From contig JBDSHG010000024.1 of the NCBI GenBank assembly GCA_039918615.1, forward strand, positions 7,795 to 71,794: 64,000 nucleotides of DNA, given 5' to 3'. This document shows, piece after piece, positions 8,022-17,305 of this stretch. Under the pieces are notes generated by a model. The model made no database searches, was not told the origin of the DNA, and saw nothing but the letters and a program-made list of their open reading frames with translations. A program made the position numbers and the translations under genes. The stretch comes from Gemmatimonadaceae bacterium. Lineage in GTDB: Bacteria > Gemmatimonadota > Gemmatimonadetes > Gemmatimonadales > Gemmatimonadaceae. Every line of letters begins with the position of its first letter. Position 1 is the first letter of the stretch.

Positions 8022-9536
8022 ATGGCACCGGCGCATCGCTCACGCGACGCCGCTCGAAAGGTATTGGTCGAGCGGTTCGGGCATGAAGATTTTCAGGAAG
8101 GACAGTGGGAGTCGATCGAGGCGCTGCTCGCGGGCCGCGACGCTCTCGTCGTCATGCCTACCGGCAGCGGCAAGTCGCTCGTCTACCAGCTTCCCGCGCT
8201 GATGCTTCCGGGGCTGACGGTGATCGTGAGCCCGCTCATCGCACTGATGAAAGACCAGCAGGACAAGCTCGCCTCGCACGGCGTGGATGCGCTCGCGATG
8301 CACTCGCATCTGTCTACGTCCGAAGCGCGCGACACGCAGCAGAAGATGGAAGATGGAACGGGCGAGATTCTCTATCTCACCCCTGAGCGCTTCAAGGACC
8401 GCGACTTCTTCGAACGGCTGCTCACTCGCAAGGTGAGTCTCTTCGTCATCGATGAGGCGCATTGCGTGAGCCAATGGGGACACGACTTCCGCCCCGACTA
8501 TCTCGTGCTTGGATCCATCGCGAAACGACTCGGCAGCCCGCCGATCCTCGCCCTCACCGCCACCGCCACCGCCACGGTGCGCAAGGACATCGTTCGCCAG
8601 CTCGGCATGCGCGACCCGCACATCACGATCACGGGCTTCGCGCGCCCCAACCTGCGCTTCGAGATCTCCCGCACGGTGAACCAGCAGGTGAAGGATGCAG
8701 AGCTCGAGCGCATCCTCGAGAACACGCCGGGAAGCTGCATCATCTACGTCGCCACGATCAAGGAAGCCGAGCGGCTGTACGAGGCGTTTCGCGAGAAGCA
8801 TCCAGTCGGCATCTATCACGGGAAGATGCCTGCCGCCGATCGCAAACAGATGCAGGACGCATTCATGGCCGACGAGATCGTCGCAATGATCGCGACCAAC
8901 GCCTTCGGACTGGGCATCGACAAGCACGATCTGCGCTTTATCGTCCACTATAACTTCCCAGGATCGATCGAGGCGTACTATCAGGAAGCCGGGCGCGCGG
9001 GGCGCGACGGCGAACCGGCGACGTGCACGCTGCTCTATCGCGTCGAGGATCGCCGCATCCAGTCATATTTCCTCGGCGGCAAGTACCCCGAGGTGCAGGA
9101 GGCTGCTCGCGTCGCGCTCGTGCTCGAGACCTATCCCATGCTCGTGCCCGTCACGCTCACCGAGCTCGCGAATCGTGCGGATGTGCCTGCACGCAAGGCG
9201 CGCATCTCGCTGATCCTGCTGAAGCGTCACGGGCTCGTGCGTGAGCATCGCGGCGGAAGCTGGGAGCGACTCGCGGACCATCTTACGGCCGTCGACCTGA
9301 GCGCGGATCTGCACTCGTACGAGGAACGGCGCGAGAGCGATCGTCGCGCGCTCGAGACGATGATCGAGTATGCGCAGACGGCGCGTTGCCGTACGCGCTT
9401 TATCCTCGAGTATTTCGGTGAGCAGGTAGAGGCGGAGTGGCGCTGCCACAACTGTGATGCGTGCGACGCGATCGACGCGTGGACGGACGCCGATCCCGCG
9501 CTGGAGCGCGGACGGCTCGCTACTCGGTCGGCGTAG
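8022..9536 (+). CDS. recQ: RecQ-family ATP-dependent DNA helicase (short form, no obvious HRDC)
   Basis: FGHEDFQEGQWESIEALLAGRDALVVMPTGSGKSLVYQLPA (motif I), VIDEAHCVSQWGHDFRPDY (DEAH), ATNAFGLGIDKHDLRFIVHYNFPGSIEAYYQEAGRAGRDG, and a C-terminal Cys cluster CRTRFILEYFGE...CHNCDAC. Confidence 0.9.
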   Translation: MAPAHRSRDAARKVLVERFGHEDFQEGQWESIEALLAGRDALVVMPTGSGKSLVYQLPALMLPGLTVIVSPLIALMKDQQDKLASHGVDALAMHSHLSTSEARDTQQKMEDGTGEILYLTPERFKDRDFFERLLTRKVSLFVIDEAHCVSQWGHDFRPDYLVLGSIAKRLGSPPILALTATATATVRKDIVRQLGMRDPHITITGFARPNLRFEISRTVNQQVKDAELERILENTPGSCIIYVATIKEAERLYEAFREKHPVGIYHGKMPAADRKQMQDAFMADEIVAMIATNAFGLGIDKHDLRFIVHYNFPGSIEAYYQEAGRAGRDGEPATCTLLYRVEDRRIQSYFLGGKYPEVQEAARVALVLETYPMLVPVTLTELANRADVPARKARISLILLKRHGLVREHRGGSWERLADHLTAVDLSADLHSYEERRESDRRALETMIEYAQTARCRTRFILEYFGEQVEAEWRCHNCDACDAIDAWTDADPALERGRLATRSA

Positions 9537-9996
9537 CGATTGGTGCGGGTGGCTCGGGCGCGGATGGCGACAGGGGCGCGATCGCGCAGTGATCGCCACA
9601 TCCGAACCGATAGCGGTTCCGCGCGAAGATGCGATAGCCCTTGTCCGCGAGCAGACCGAACGACGGCAGCCCCCAGAGCCAGCCGAGCAGCCAGCCGAAG
9701 GGGAGAATTGCGAGTAGCTGTCGAGCGGCGGCGGCCCCGCTCCACGTGCGGCCGTCCGCCGCGATCACGTACATGGACTCATCCAGCGATTCGCGCGAGA
9801 TCCACGGGAATCGCGTCGTCACGGTATCGTTCTGTGAGGCGACCGCCTGGATCACGTGGCGCGAGTCCCACTTCTGCACGCGCCGCACGAGCCGGCTGCA
9901 CACGTTGCACGACCCATCGTACACGAGCGTCCACGGACGGCCACCCGATTCGGGTCCCGCGCGCCTTGCGTCCGCCGTTCGCTTCGTGGTAGGCAT
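9520..9996 (-). CDS. thiol-disulfide oxidoreductase DCC family (DUF393)
   Basis: Only the last 158 codons of track ORF 9520..11118 are real. ATG at 9996. LVYDGSCNVCSRLVRRVQKWD (CxxC) and YRIFARNRYRF C-terminal motif. Confidence 0.8.
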   Translation of the reverse strand: MPTTKRTADARRAGPESGGRPWTLVYDGSCNVCSRLVRRVQKWDSRHVIQAVASQNDTVTTRFPWISRESLDESMYVIAADGRTWSGAAAARQLLAILPFGWLLGWLWGLPSFGLLADKGYRIFARNRYRFGCGDHCAIAPLSPSAPEPPAPIATPTE

Positions 9997-10023
9997 ATCG
10001 CACCTCTCTCCACTCAAGTTACC

Positions 10024-11067
10024 GTGCAAGAGCTCCAATCGAACACCCTGACGGAATGGATCATCGCCGTGAGCACCTTCGCTGTGGTGTTCGCGCTGAT
10101 TTTCCTCGTCAGAAGCTTGATCGCGCGCCGCGCGAAGAAGCGGGCCGTTCCGCCGTCGCACCTCCAGCAGCTCTTCGACCTCACCTGCAGGCGCACGCGC
10201 CCGTACTTCATCCTCATCATCGCGCTCTGGGCGGGATCGCTGGAGCTCACGCTCAATCCGCATCACGAGCACGTCTGGCATCTCGTCGTGATGGTGGGCG
10301 TGCTGCTGCAAGCGGGCATGTGGGCGGGCGGCTGGGTGCAGTTCTGGTCGGAGCGCATCTCCGACCATCGCGCGGCGGATGCGGGAACACGGATGTCGAT
10401 CAACGTCGTCGCGATCGCCGTGCGAGTGCTGCTCTGGCTGATCCTGCTCCTCGTGATCCTCGCCAACCTGGGGATCAACATCACCGCGCTGGTCACGGGG
10501 CTCGGCATCGGCGGCATCGCGATCGCGCTGGCGGTGCAGAACATCCTCGGCGATCTCTTCGCCGCGCTGTCGATCGTGCTCGACAAGCCGTTCGTGGTGG
10601 GCGACGCGATCAGTGTCGGCGACGCATCCGGAACGGTGGAGCACATCGGGCTCAAGTCGACACGACTGCGGAGCGTCACGGGTGAGCTCATCATCATCTC
10701 GAATGGCGACCTCCTCAAGAGCCGCATCCGGAACTTTCGTGGCCAGGAGAAGCGGCTGGTCATCCTTCAATTCGGAATCGCCTACGACACGGTGCCCGAG
10801 AAGCTCTCGCGCGTACCGTTGATCATCCGCGCAGCCGTCGAGAAGGAGGAGAGCGCCAACTTCGATCGCTCCAACATCACCACCTTCGGTATCTTCGCGA
10901 TCCTGACCGAGACGGTCTATTCGGTGCATCGAGTGAGTTATGGTGAGTACATGAACACGCAGCAGCGCATCAATTTCGAGATCTACAAACAGCTGGGCGC
11001 CGAGGCGATCGAGATTGCGCATCAGGTCCCGGTGGTTACTGCGGCGCCGGGAGACGTGATCAAGTGA
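10024..11067 (+). CDS. MscS-family mechanosensitive ion channel
   Basis: GTG at 10024 inside ORF 9856..11067. TM helices, then LVTGLGIGGIAIALAVQNILGDLFAALSIVLDKPFVVGDAISVGDASGTVEHIGLKSTRLR (classic MscS pore and beta-domain). Confidence 0.85.
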   Translation: MQELQSNTLTEWIIAVSTFAVVFALIFLVRSLIARRAKKRAVPPSHLQQLFDLTCRRTRPYFILIIALWAGSLELTLNPHHEHVWHLVVMVGVLLQAGMWAGGWVQFWSERISDHRAADAGTRMSINVVAIAVRVLLWLILLLVILANLGINITALVTGLGIGGIAIALAVQNILGDLFAALSIVLDKPFVVGDAISVGDASGTVEHIGLKSTRLRSVTGELIIISNGDLLKSRIRNFRGQEKRLVILQFGIAYDTVPEKLSRVPLIIRAAVEKEESANFDRSNITTFGIFAILTETVYSVHRVSYGEYMNTQQRINFEIYKQLGAEAIEIAHQVPVVTAAPGDVIK

Positions 11068-11099
11068 TCGAGGCGTATTCCTTGCACGCGATTTCCCGC

Positions 11100-11699
11100 A
11101 TGTCGGCAAAAGTGACATCCGGCGTCACACGTCTCGCGGTCGCGTGCATCTCGGCGCTCGTGCTCCTTGCGCCGCGCGCACACGCGCAGAGCGACGAGCA
11201 CGCGCATCTCGGCATCGACCGCTTCGGCAGCTTCCTCAGCTGGGCGTGGACGGATCACGGGAAGCAGGGACACGAGTTCGGCGCGGATCTCGACATCGGC
11301 TCGATCTTCTCGCCGAAGTTCCGGCTCGCGGTAGGGCTCAACTACTTCAAGGCGGACATCGATCGGCGCGACCATCTTGGCAATCCGATCGACGGCACCT
11401 TCCACGATTTCAGCGCCCACGCGGAAGCGAGCTACGAGCTGCTGCGCATTGGCCCGTTCGGTCCGTACGTAGGCGCGGGAGTGGGCGTGCATTGGCGCGG
11501 GAGCGACATCAGCGACGACATCGATGATACCGCACGACTCTACCGGGGCGCGGTGATCGGCGCTGACTTCTTTGGCGGGACGACGCTCGCGCTCTCGAAG
11601 TCGCGCCGGTATTCGCTCTACGCGGAGGCACGTCGCGTCCAGGCGCCGCACGTCGATCGCTCGCTCGCGCGCATCGGCATCATCATTCGCTTCCGATAG
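11100..11699 (+). CDS. hypothetical outer-membrane beta-barrel protein
   Basis: Signal peptide MSAKVTSGVTRLAVACISALVLLAPRAHAQ, alternating hydrophobic strands, terminal IIIRFR. Confidence 0.5.
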   Translation: MSAKVTSGVTRLAVACISALVLLAPRAHAQSDEHAHLGIDRFGSFLSWAWTDHGKQGHEFGADLDIGSIFSPKFRLAVGLNYFKADIDRRDHLGNPIDGTFHDFSAHAEASYELLRIGPFGPYVGAGVGVHWRGSDISDDIDDTARLYRGAVIGADFFGGTTLALSKSRRYSLYAEARRVQAPHVDRSLARIGIIIRFR

Positions 11700-11701
11700 C
11701 G

Positions 11702-12367
11702 ATGAACGCGCCGCAGAGCGATCGCGAGATCTCGTTCGCGTGTGGCGACGCGATGCTCGCCGGCGTCCTCGCGATACCGACCGGAGCGAAGGGGATGGTC
11801 GTCTTCGCGCACGGAAGCGGGAGCAATCATCGGAGCTCGCGCAACGCAATAACGGCGCGTCAGCTGTACGACGCGGGCTTCGCGACGCTGCGTGCGGATC
11901 TGCTCACGCCTGAAGAAGCGGAGTTCAACGAGCGCACGGGCCAGTTTCGCTTCGATGTGAAGACCCTCGCGGAGCGCGTGCTCGCGGCGTCGGCGTTCGT
12001 CGGCACGGTGCCGGAAGCGCAGATGCTCCCGCTCGCATACTTCGGTGCGAGCACGGGCGCGGCGGCGGCGCTCACCGCCTCGTGCAAGCGCCGCGATGTG
12101 TACGCGGTGGTCTCGCGTGGCGGGCGGCCGGACCTCGCGAGTGACATCCTCCCCGATGTGAAGGCCGCGACACTGCTCATCGTCGGCGGCGCCGACGTGC
12201 CGATCATTCCGCTGAACGAGGACGCACTCAAATGCCTGGGCGGCGAGAAGGCGATCTCGATCGTCCCCGACGCGACGCATCTGTTCGCGGAGCCGGGCGC
12301 GCTGGAGATCGTCGGCAGCCTCACGGTGGACTGGCTGACGCGCTATCTCCCGAAGTCGAGCGGGTAG
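11702..12367 (+). CDS. dienelactone-hydrolase-like alpha/beta hydrolase
   Basis: GMVVFAHGSGSNHRSSRN ... YFGASTGAAAAL (GxSxG-like elbow) ... LLIVGGADVPIIPLN ... ATHLF. Confidence 0.7.
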   Translation: MNAPQSDREISFACGDAMLAGVLAIPTGAKGMVVFAHGSGSNHRSSRNAITARQLYDAGFATLRADLLTPEEAEFNERTGQFRFDVKTLAERVLAASAFVGTVPEAQMLPLAYFGASTGAAAALTASCKRRDVYAVVSRGGRPDLASDILPDVKAATLLIVGGADVPIIPLNEDALKCLGGEKAISIVPDATHLFAEPGALEIVGSLTVDWLTRYLPKSSG

Positions 12368-12369
12368 CG

Positions 12370-13020
12370 ATGCTCTTCCGCGATCGAGCGGAGGCGGGAA
12401 GGTTCCTTGCCCGCGAGCTGCTCGACGCGCTGCCCGCGCTCCGCACGGAGCCCGTGACGGTGCTCGCGATCCCGCGTGGCGGAGTCGCGGTCGCCGCGCC
12501 GGTGGCCGCGCTGCTCGGAGCGCCGCTCGATGTCTTCATCGCGCGGAAGCTCGGTGCGCCGGGGCAAGAGGAGCTCGGGATCGGCGCCGTGGCAGCGGAT
12601 GGCACGCGCGTGCTCGACGACACACTGGTGCAGGTGCTCCGGGTAACGGATGCATACATCGAGAAAATCACGAGGATCGAGATCGCGGAGGCGAAGCGGC
12701 GGCTCGCGCTCTTTCGTGGCACCCGTGAGCCCGCTCCGGTGCGTGGCCGCATCGTGATCCTGGTCGATGACGGACTCGCGACGGGCGGCACCGCGCGCGC
12801 GGCGCTCACGGTGCTGCGCACCGAGGCCCCATCGCGGCTGATCTTCGCGGCGCCGGTGGCGAGCATGGATGGCGCCGAGTCGCTCACGGCGATGGGGATC
12901 GCCACCGTCTTCTGCGCGGTGCCGAAACACTTCCACGGTGTCGGCGAATGGTACGAGGAGTTCGAGCAGATGCGCGACGAGGAGGTGCTCGCGCTGCTTG
13001 CTGAGGCGAGCCCTCGATAA
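12370..13020 (+). CDS. phosphoribosyltransferase-family protein
   Basis: ATG at 12370 in ORF 12232..13020. MLFRDRAEAGRFLA..., PRGGVAVAAPVA, and the PRPP loop IVILVDDGLATGGTARAA. Confidence 0.8.
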   Translation: MLFRDRAEAGRFLARELLDALPALRTEPVTVLAIPRGGVAVAAPVAALLGAPLDVFIARKLGAPGQEELGIGAVAADGTRVLDDTLVQVLRVTDAYIEKITRIEIAEAKRRLALFRGTREPAPVRGRIVILVDDGLATGGTARAALTVLRTEAPSRLIFAAPVASMDGAESLTAMGIATVFCAVPKHFHGVGEWYEEFEQMRDEEVLALLAEASPR

Positions 13021-13046
13021 TCCTCTGGCTCGGGCGCGCACAAAAA

Positions 13047-13069
13047 GAGGGCCCCGTCACGGGGCCCTC
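13047..13069. terminator. bidirectional terminator hairpin between convergent genes
   Basis: caaaaa-GAGGGCCCCG-tcac-GGGGCCCTC-tttca. GC stem flanked by an A-run and a T-run. Confidence 0.65.
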
Positions 13070-13088
13070 TTTCATCCAGCACTTTCTA

Positions 13089-13421
13089 TTACGAGATCGT
13101 CGAGGCAGCCACTTCGTACGTCTCGACCGTCGGCGTGCCAACCAACACTGACTCGAGTCGCCGAAGGAGATTCGGATAGACCTCGGTCTCGTACTTCGTC
13201 GCGCTCGCCGAATCCTTCCACACGCTGATCGCGGACGCGTGTCCGTCATGATACAGCGCCATCTCGGACTGAAAGCCATCCTGCTTCTTGAGCGTCGGGA
13301 TCAACTCTTCCTTGAATAGGCGGCTGAGCTCGTCGCGCTTTCCCTGCTTGATCTGAAACTTCACGTTGCGGGCGGTCTGCAATATGATACCCTCCAACCT
13401 CTCGGACATGAACAAAAACAT
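13089..13421 (-). CDS. small ABM-like (dimeric alpha-beta barrel) protein, function unknown
   Basis: About 105-110 aa (alternative start 13409, MSERLEG). Pattern KQDGFQSEMALYHDGHASAISVWKDSASATKYE resembles antibiotic-biosynthesis-monooxygenase-fold proteins. Weak call. Confidence 0.45.
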   Translation of the reverse strand: MFLFMSERLEGIILQTARNVKFQIKQGKRDELSRLFKEELIPTLKKQDGFQSEMALYHDGHASAISVWKDSASATKYETEVYPNLLRRLESVLVGTPTVETYEVAASTIS

Positions 13422-13544
13422 ACGTTCTTACTGCTGAACTCGGTCTCCGGGACGGCACGCTGAGAGGAAAGGCGGCCACTTCGGCGACACCCTTAATTGT
13501 AACACAGGTTGCGTCATAAGTCAAGTCTTATCAACGATTTATGA

Positions 13545-13728
13545 CTAACATGCAGGTATTGGCGGACGCGCCTTTGACCCAGGATTCATTATTACCCCCT
13601 CCTCCCGAAGCCGCCGAAACAGGGTCCGGTGGCTCACGCCCAGGGCTCGGCAGATCGCCTCCATGCCCACCGCTTTGCCCCGAGGCAAGAGCGGTTCGAG
13701 CAGAGTTACTACCCGGCCCCGGTGCCCG
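13545..13728 (-). pseudogene. relic of a helix-turn-helix (AraC-like?) regulator gene
   Basis: Minus-strand frame reads ...VVTLLEPLLPRGKAVGMEAICRALGVSHRTLFRRLREEGVIMNPGSKARPPIPAC*. It has an HTH-like core but no upstream body (it abuts the aguA stop) and no second HTH. Confidence 0.3.
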
Positions 13729-14826
13729 CTAGCGCGACGCGGGCTGCTGCTGCGTCAGACAGTGCAGTGTGCCGAGCCCCCACACGAGATCCACCGCGTG
13801 GATTCCCACCACTTCTCGCGTCGGAAAGAGCTCTGCGATCGTGTTCAGCGCCGAGCGGTCGTTGCGGTCGTTGAACGTCGGCACCAGCACCACGCCGTTC
13901 GCGATGTAGAAGTTCGCGTAGCTCGCCGGCAGCCGCTCGCCCTGCATCGTCACCGGGCGCGGGAAGGGAAGGTGCACCACACGCAGCCCGCCCGGCCACG
14001 TCTTCGCCGCAAGCGCCAACCGATGCACGTTGTCCATCGACCGCTCGTGATTCTCGTCGGCGGGATCCTCCTCCACCGCGAGCACGATCGTGCGCTCGTC
14101 CGTGAAGCGCGCGATGTCATCGACGTGACCATGGGTGTCATCGCCGACGCACCCCTCGCCGAGCCAGATCGTTCGCGTCGCGCCGAGGTAGTGCGCGAAG
14201 GCGCGCTCGTAATCGGCGCGCGACACGCCCGGATTGCGCACCTGCACCTCGGAGAGCAGCCACTCCTCCGTGACCAACATCGCGCCCGCACCATTCGTCT
14301 CGATCCCGCCACCCTCGAGCACCAGCCGCCCGCCACCAGCGGGGCGCAGCGCCTCCTCGCGCGCGAGCCCGGAGAGCTCCGCCACCTCCATCCCGATCAT
14401 CTCGTCGCGCGCGAAGTTGTCGTACTTCGCCCATCCGTTGAAGCGCCAGCTCACCCAGTGCACCGCACCGCTCGGCGCCATCACCGCCGTGGGCGCCGAG
14501 TCGCGGAGCCACACGCGATCGGTACCCACCTTGTGCAGTCCGATGCGCGCGAAGTTCACCCCGTGCGCCACGAGCTGCTCGCGCGCCTCGTCCATCACCG
14601 CCTCGTCGTCGCACAGTACCTCGACGTGCTCGTGGCGGCTCAACACGCGCACGATCTCCGCGTACACCCACGGAATCGGCTCGAATTTCCCCGGCCAGTC
14701 CGGACGATGATGCGGCCACCCGATCCACGTCGCCTCGTGCGCCTCCCACTCGGCCGGCATCCGCTGCGCCGGGAAGTGTACGCCGTCGTCTCGACGCGAG
14801 TACACCGAGCTCTCCGACTCGCTCAC
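13729..14826 (-). CDS. aguA: agmatine deiminase
   Basis: GTG at 14826 overlaps the aguB stop (GTGA). RMPAEWEAHEATWIGWPH, GGGIETNGAGAMLVTEEWLL, GDDTHGHVDDIARF, ASYANFYIANGVVLVPTF, and the catalytic GTLHCLTQQQP C-terminus. Confidence 0.9.
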   Translation of the reverse strand: MSESESSVYSRRDDGVHFPAQRMPAEWEAHEATWIGWPHHRPDWPGKFEPIPWVYAEIVRVLSRHEHVEVLCDDEAVMDEAREQLVAHGVNFARIGLHKVGTDRVWLRDSAPTAVMAPSGAVHWVSWRFNGWAKYDNFARDEMIGMEVAELSGLAREEALRPAGGGRLVLEGGGIETNGAGAMLVTEEWLLSEVQVRNPGVSRADYERAFAHYLGATRTIWLGEGCVGDDTHGHVDDIARFTDERTIVLAVEEDPADENHERSMDNVHRLALAAKTWPGGLRVVHLPFPRPVTMQGERLPASYANFYIANGVVLVPTFNDRNDRSALNTIAELFPTREVVGIHAVDLVWGLGTLHCLTQQQPASR

Positions 14827-15734
14827 CCGATGTAGCGATTGAGGATCGGACCGTATGCATCGATGCGGCGGTCGCGCAGAAAGGGCCAGTTGCGCCGCGT
14901 GTACTCGATCGCGCCGGGATCGATCACCGCCGTGAGGATCGCGGGCTCGGTGCCCGCTTCGGTGATGATGCGGCCATACGGATCGCACACGAATGAATGT
15001 CCGAAGAACTCGAGTCCATCGGTGCCGGGCTCGGACTCGAAGCCCACGCGATTCACTGCGGCGACGTACACGCCGTTCGCGATCGCGTGCGCGCGCTGCG
15101 CCGTGCGCCACGCGTCGGCCTGCGCCGCGCCCCACTCCTCCTTCTCCTTCGGATGCCAGCCGATCGCCGTCGGATAGAAGAGAATCTGCGCGCCCATGAG
15201 CGCCGTGATGCGCGCCGCCTCCGGATACCACTGATCCCAACAGATCAGCACGCCGATCGTCGCCACCTTCGTCTTGAACACACGGAAGCCGCTCGGTGGA
15301 ATCGATTCGTCGTGCTGATAGATCTCGCCCGGCGTGAAGTAGTACTTCTCGTGGTAGAGCGGATCATCGGGGATGTGCATCTTGCGGTAGGTGCCGAGCA
15401 GCGCGCCGTCCGTGTCGATGACCGCTGCCGAATTGTGGTAGACACCGGGCCCGCGCTTCTCGAAGATCGGCACGATGATCACGACGCCGAGCTCCTTCGC
15501 GACGCGCTGCATGCGCTCGGTAACAGGACCGGGGATCGTCTCGGCGAGATCGAAGCGCTCGGCGTCCGTCACTTTGCAAAAATACGGCGCGTCGAAGAGC
15601 TCCTGCAGACAGATGATCTGCGCGCCGAGCTTCGCCGCCTCGCGAATGCCGCGCTCGCCCGCGTCGACCGCCTCGGCCGCGTTCGCCGGCACCGCCTGTT
15701 GAACGAGACCGATCGTAAATGGAGTGTCAGCCAC
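14823..15734 (-). CDS. aguB: N-carbamoylputrescine amidase (nitrilase superfamily)
   Basis: GTG at 15734 (no ATG available) inside ORF 14823..15989. FTIGLVQQ, ICLQELF, YRKMHIPDDPLYHEKYYFTPG, GVLICWDQWYPEAAR (Glu/Lys/Cys triad context). Confidence 0.9.
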   Translation of the reverse strand: MADTPFTIGLVQQAVPANAAEAVDAGERGIREAAKLGAQIICLQELFDAPYFCKVTDAERFDLAETIPGPVTERMQRVAKELGVVIIVPIFEKRGPGVYHNSAAVIDTDGALLGTYRKMHIPDDPLYHEKYYFTPGEIYQHDESIPPSGFRVFKTKVATIGVLICWDQWYPEAARITALMGAQILFYPTAIGWHPKEKEEWGAAQADAWRTAQRAHAIANGVYVAAVNRVGFESEPGTDGLEFFGHSFVCDPYGRIITEAGTEPAILTAVIDPGAIEYTRRNWPFLRDRRIDAYGPILNRYIG

Positions 15735-15754
15735 TATTGCACTGTGTCCGTCGG

Positions 15755-17212
15755 TTATTCGATGATCTTGCGGAATGAGCCCGAGAGCCGCGCGAGCGAT
15801 CCAGCGGGAGTGCGCATGCGCGAAGAGCCGCTCGGCGGCGGCGCGCAGATGCCGATGACGATGTCCATCACGTTCGTCGAGGTGAGGTCGGTGCGGAGCA
15901 GCGCTCCCGCCGCGTCGAGCGATGGATGCGAATCGTGCGCCGCGAGATCGGCGTCGGGCGTGCGGCCGGCTTTTTCGATCGCCCCCCACGTCTCCTTGTC
16001 GACGATGGCGCCCGCTGCATCCGTCGGACCATCACGCCCATCGGTACCGCACGCGAGCAGCGTCGATGCGCGCGCGCTCTTCGCCGTTGCCAGCTCACGC
16101 GCAGCCGCCAGCGCGAGCTCCTGGCACCGTCCACCGGCTCCGGTCGCATCGCCCATGGTAACCGTCGTTTCACCCCCCCAAAGAAGGCAGCTTTGCACTG
16201 GTCGATTGGTTAGTGGCGATGTCCCAGAGCCACAATAGCTTATAAGTGTCGACGCCAGCCTCTTGCCCACCTGGGCGGCCTCTCCAGCGAGTGCGGTGCT
16301 CAGAATTCGTGGCTCGTAGCCGAGCTCTTTGGCGCGAGCAGCCGCCGCTTCGAGAGCGACACGATTGCTGGCTATGATCTTGCGCTCGACGTTGGCGAAG
16401 ATGTTGTCGCCGGGCTTTGGCGTTTCCCGGGAAGGGTCGTGCTGCACCGCGGCAACGTGATGGCGCAACGACCCGGGGATTCGATCCCATAGCTTGGCAG
16501 ATTCGAGCAACGAACGGATCTCACTCGCGCTACTGGGGTCCGGCGAGCAGGGGCCCGATCCGATTGCGGCAAGATCATCGCCGATCACATCGGAGACAAT
16601 GAAGTTTCGCGTGCGCGCAGAGCTCAATGCAGCAGAGAGCCGGCCTGCGCTCCAGCGAGTGAACCGTTTGCGGATGAGATTCATGGTCGCAATATCCAAC
16701 CCGGAACCGAGCAGGAGCGCGAAGAGCTGCAGCATCTCTTCGGGCTTGATCGATCCATCCGGTGCGGCCACAAGACTCGTCGCGCCGCCGGAGAGCAGCA
16801 CCCAGACCTCATCGTCCGGCTTCACCTGTCGCACGATTTTCCCGACGGCATCCGCTGCGGCGATCGACTTCGCGCCGGGCAAGGGATGCTCGCCCGCGAC
16901 GAAATCGATGCGCGGATGGGGAGTCGGCAACACGCGCGGCGCGACGATCACGCCGCCCGCGGGCTCGAGCTTGCGCGCTGCGAGGAAGTCTACCGCGGCG
17001 ATCGCCATCGGATTCGCGGCTTTCCCGATCGCGATGATCCAGATGCGTTTCTGGCCGATCTCCTTCGAGACTTTCTCGAGCGCCGCAGTCATCGCGGGCC
17101 CCGGCGCGACCGCGCGCACCGCGGCCCAGTACAGCTGGACGAGTGCCATTCTCGCATCGATCGGACGTCCCGCGGGCATCACGGCCCACTGGGGTTGGCT
17201 CGGTGTTTTCAT
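15755..17212 (-). CDS. glycerate 2-kinase / hydroxypyruvate-reductase-type protein (DUF4147 + MOFRL)
   Basis: Start ATG 17212 (alternative 17179). IIAIGKAANPMAIAA, LLSGGATSLVAAP, and the C-terminal MOFRL motif LLACGTDGRDGPTDAAGAIVD. Confidence 0.8.
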   Translation of the reverse strand: MKTPSQPQWAVMPAGRPIDARMALVQLYWAAVRAVAPGPAMTAALEKVSKEIGQKRIWIIAIGKAANPMAIAAVDFLAARKLEPAGGVIVAPRVLPTPHPRIDFVAGEHPLPGAKSIAAADAVGKIVRQVKPDDEVWVLLSGGATSLVAAPDGSIKPEEMLQLFALLLGSGLDIATMNLIRKRFTRWSAGRLSAALSSARTRNFIVSDVIGDDLAAIGSGPCSPDPSSASEIRSLLESAKLWDRIPGSLRHHVAAVQHDPSRETPKPGDNIFANVERKIIASNRVALEAAAARAKELGYEPRILSTALAGEAAQVGKRLASTLISYCGSGTSPLTNRPVQSCLLWGGETTVTMGDATGAGGRCQELALAAARELATAKSARASTLLACGTDGRDGPTDAAGAIVDKETWGAIEKAGRTPDADLAAHDSHPSLDAAGALLRTDLTSTNVMDIVIGICAPPPSGSSRMRTPAGSLARLSGSFRKIIE

Positions 17213-17305
17213 CGATCGTAAGATTGCGGATCCGCGCGCCCCGCGCGAGTGCGACAATCCGTTCCCCAATTCGAACTGAACGAACTTTCTCTCGGAGTGT
17301 CCGAT

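Noticed and set aside
9520-11118. 532-aa minus-strand ORF spanning the MscS gene.
   Set aside because: Only the last 158 codons (DCC/DUF393 protein, ATG 9996) look real. The upstream 370 codons are antisense to the MscS channel and compositionally junk. The same situation applies to 2068..3102, 13729..15240, 14823..15989, 33474..35414, 34688..35938 and 41982..45035, so I trimmed those starts.
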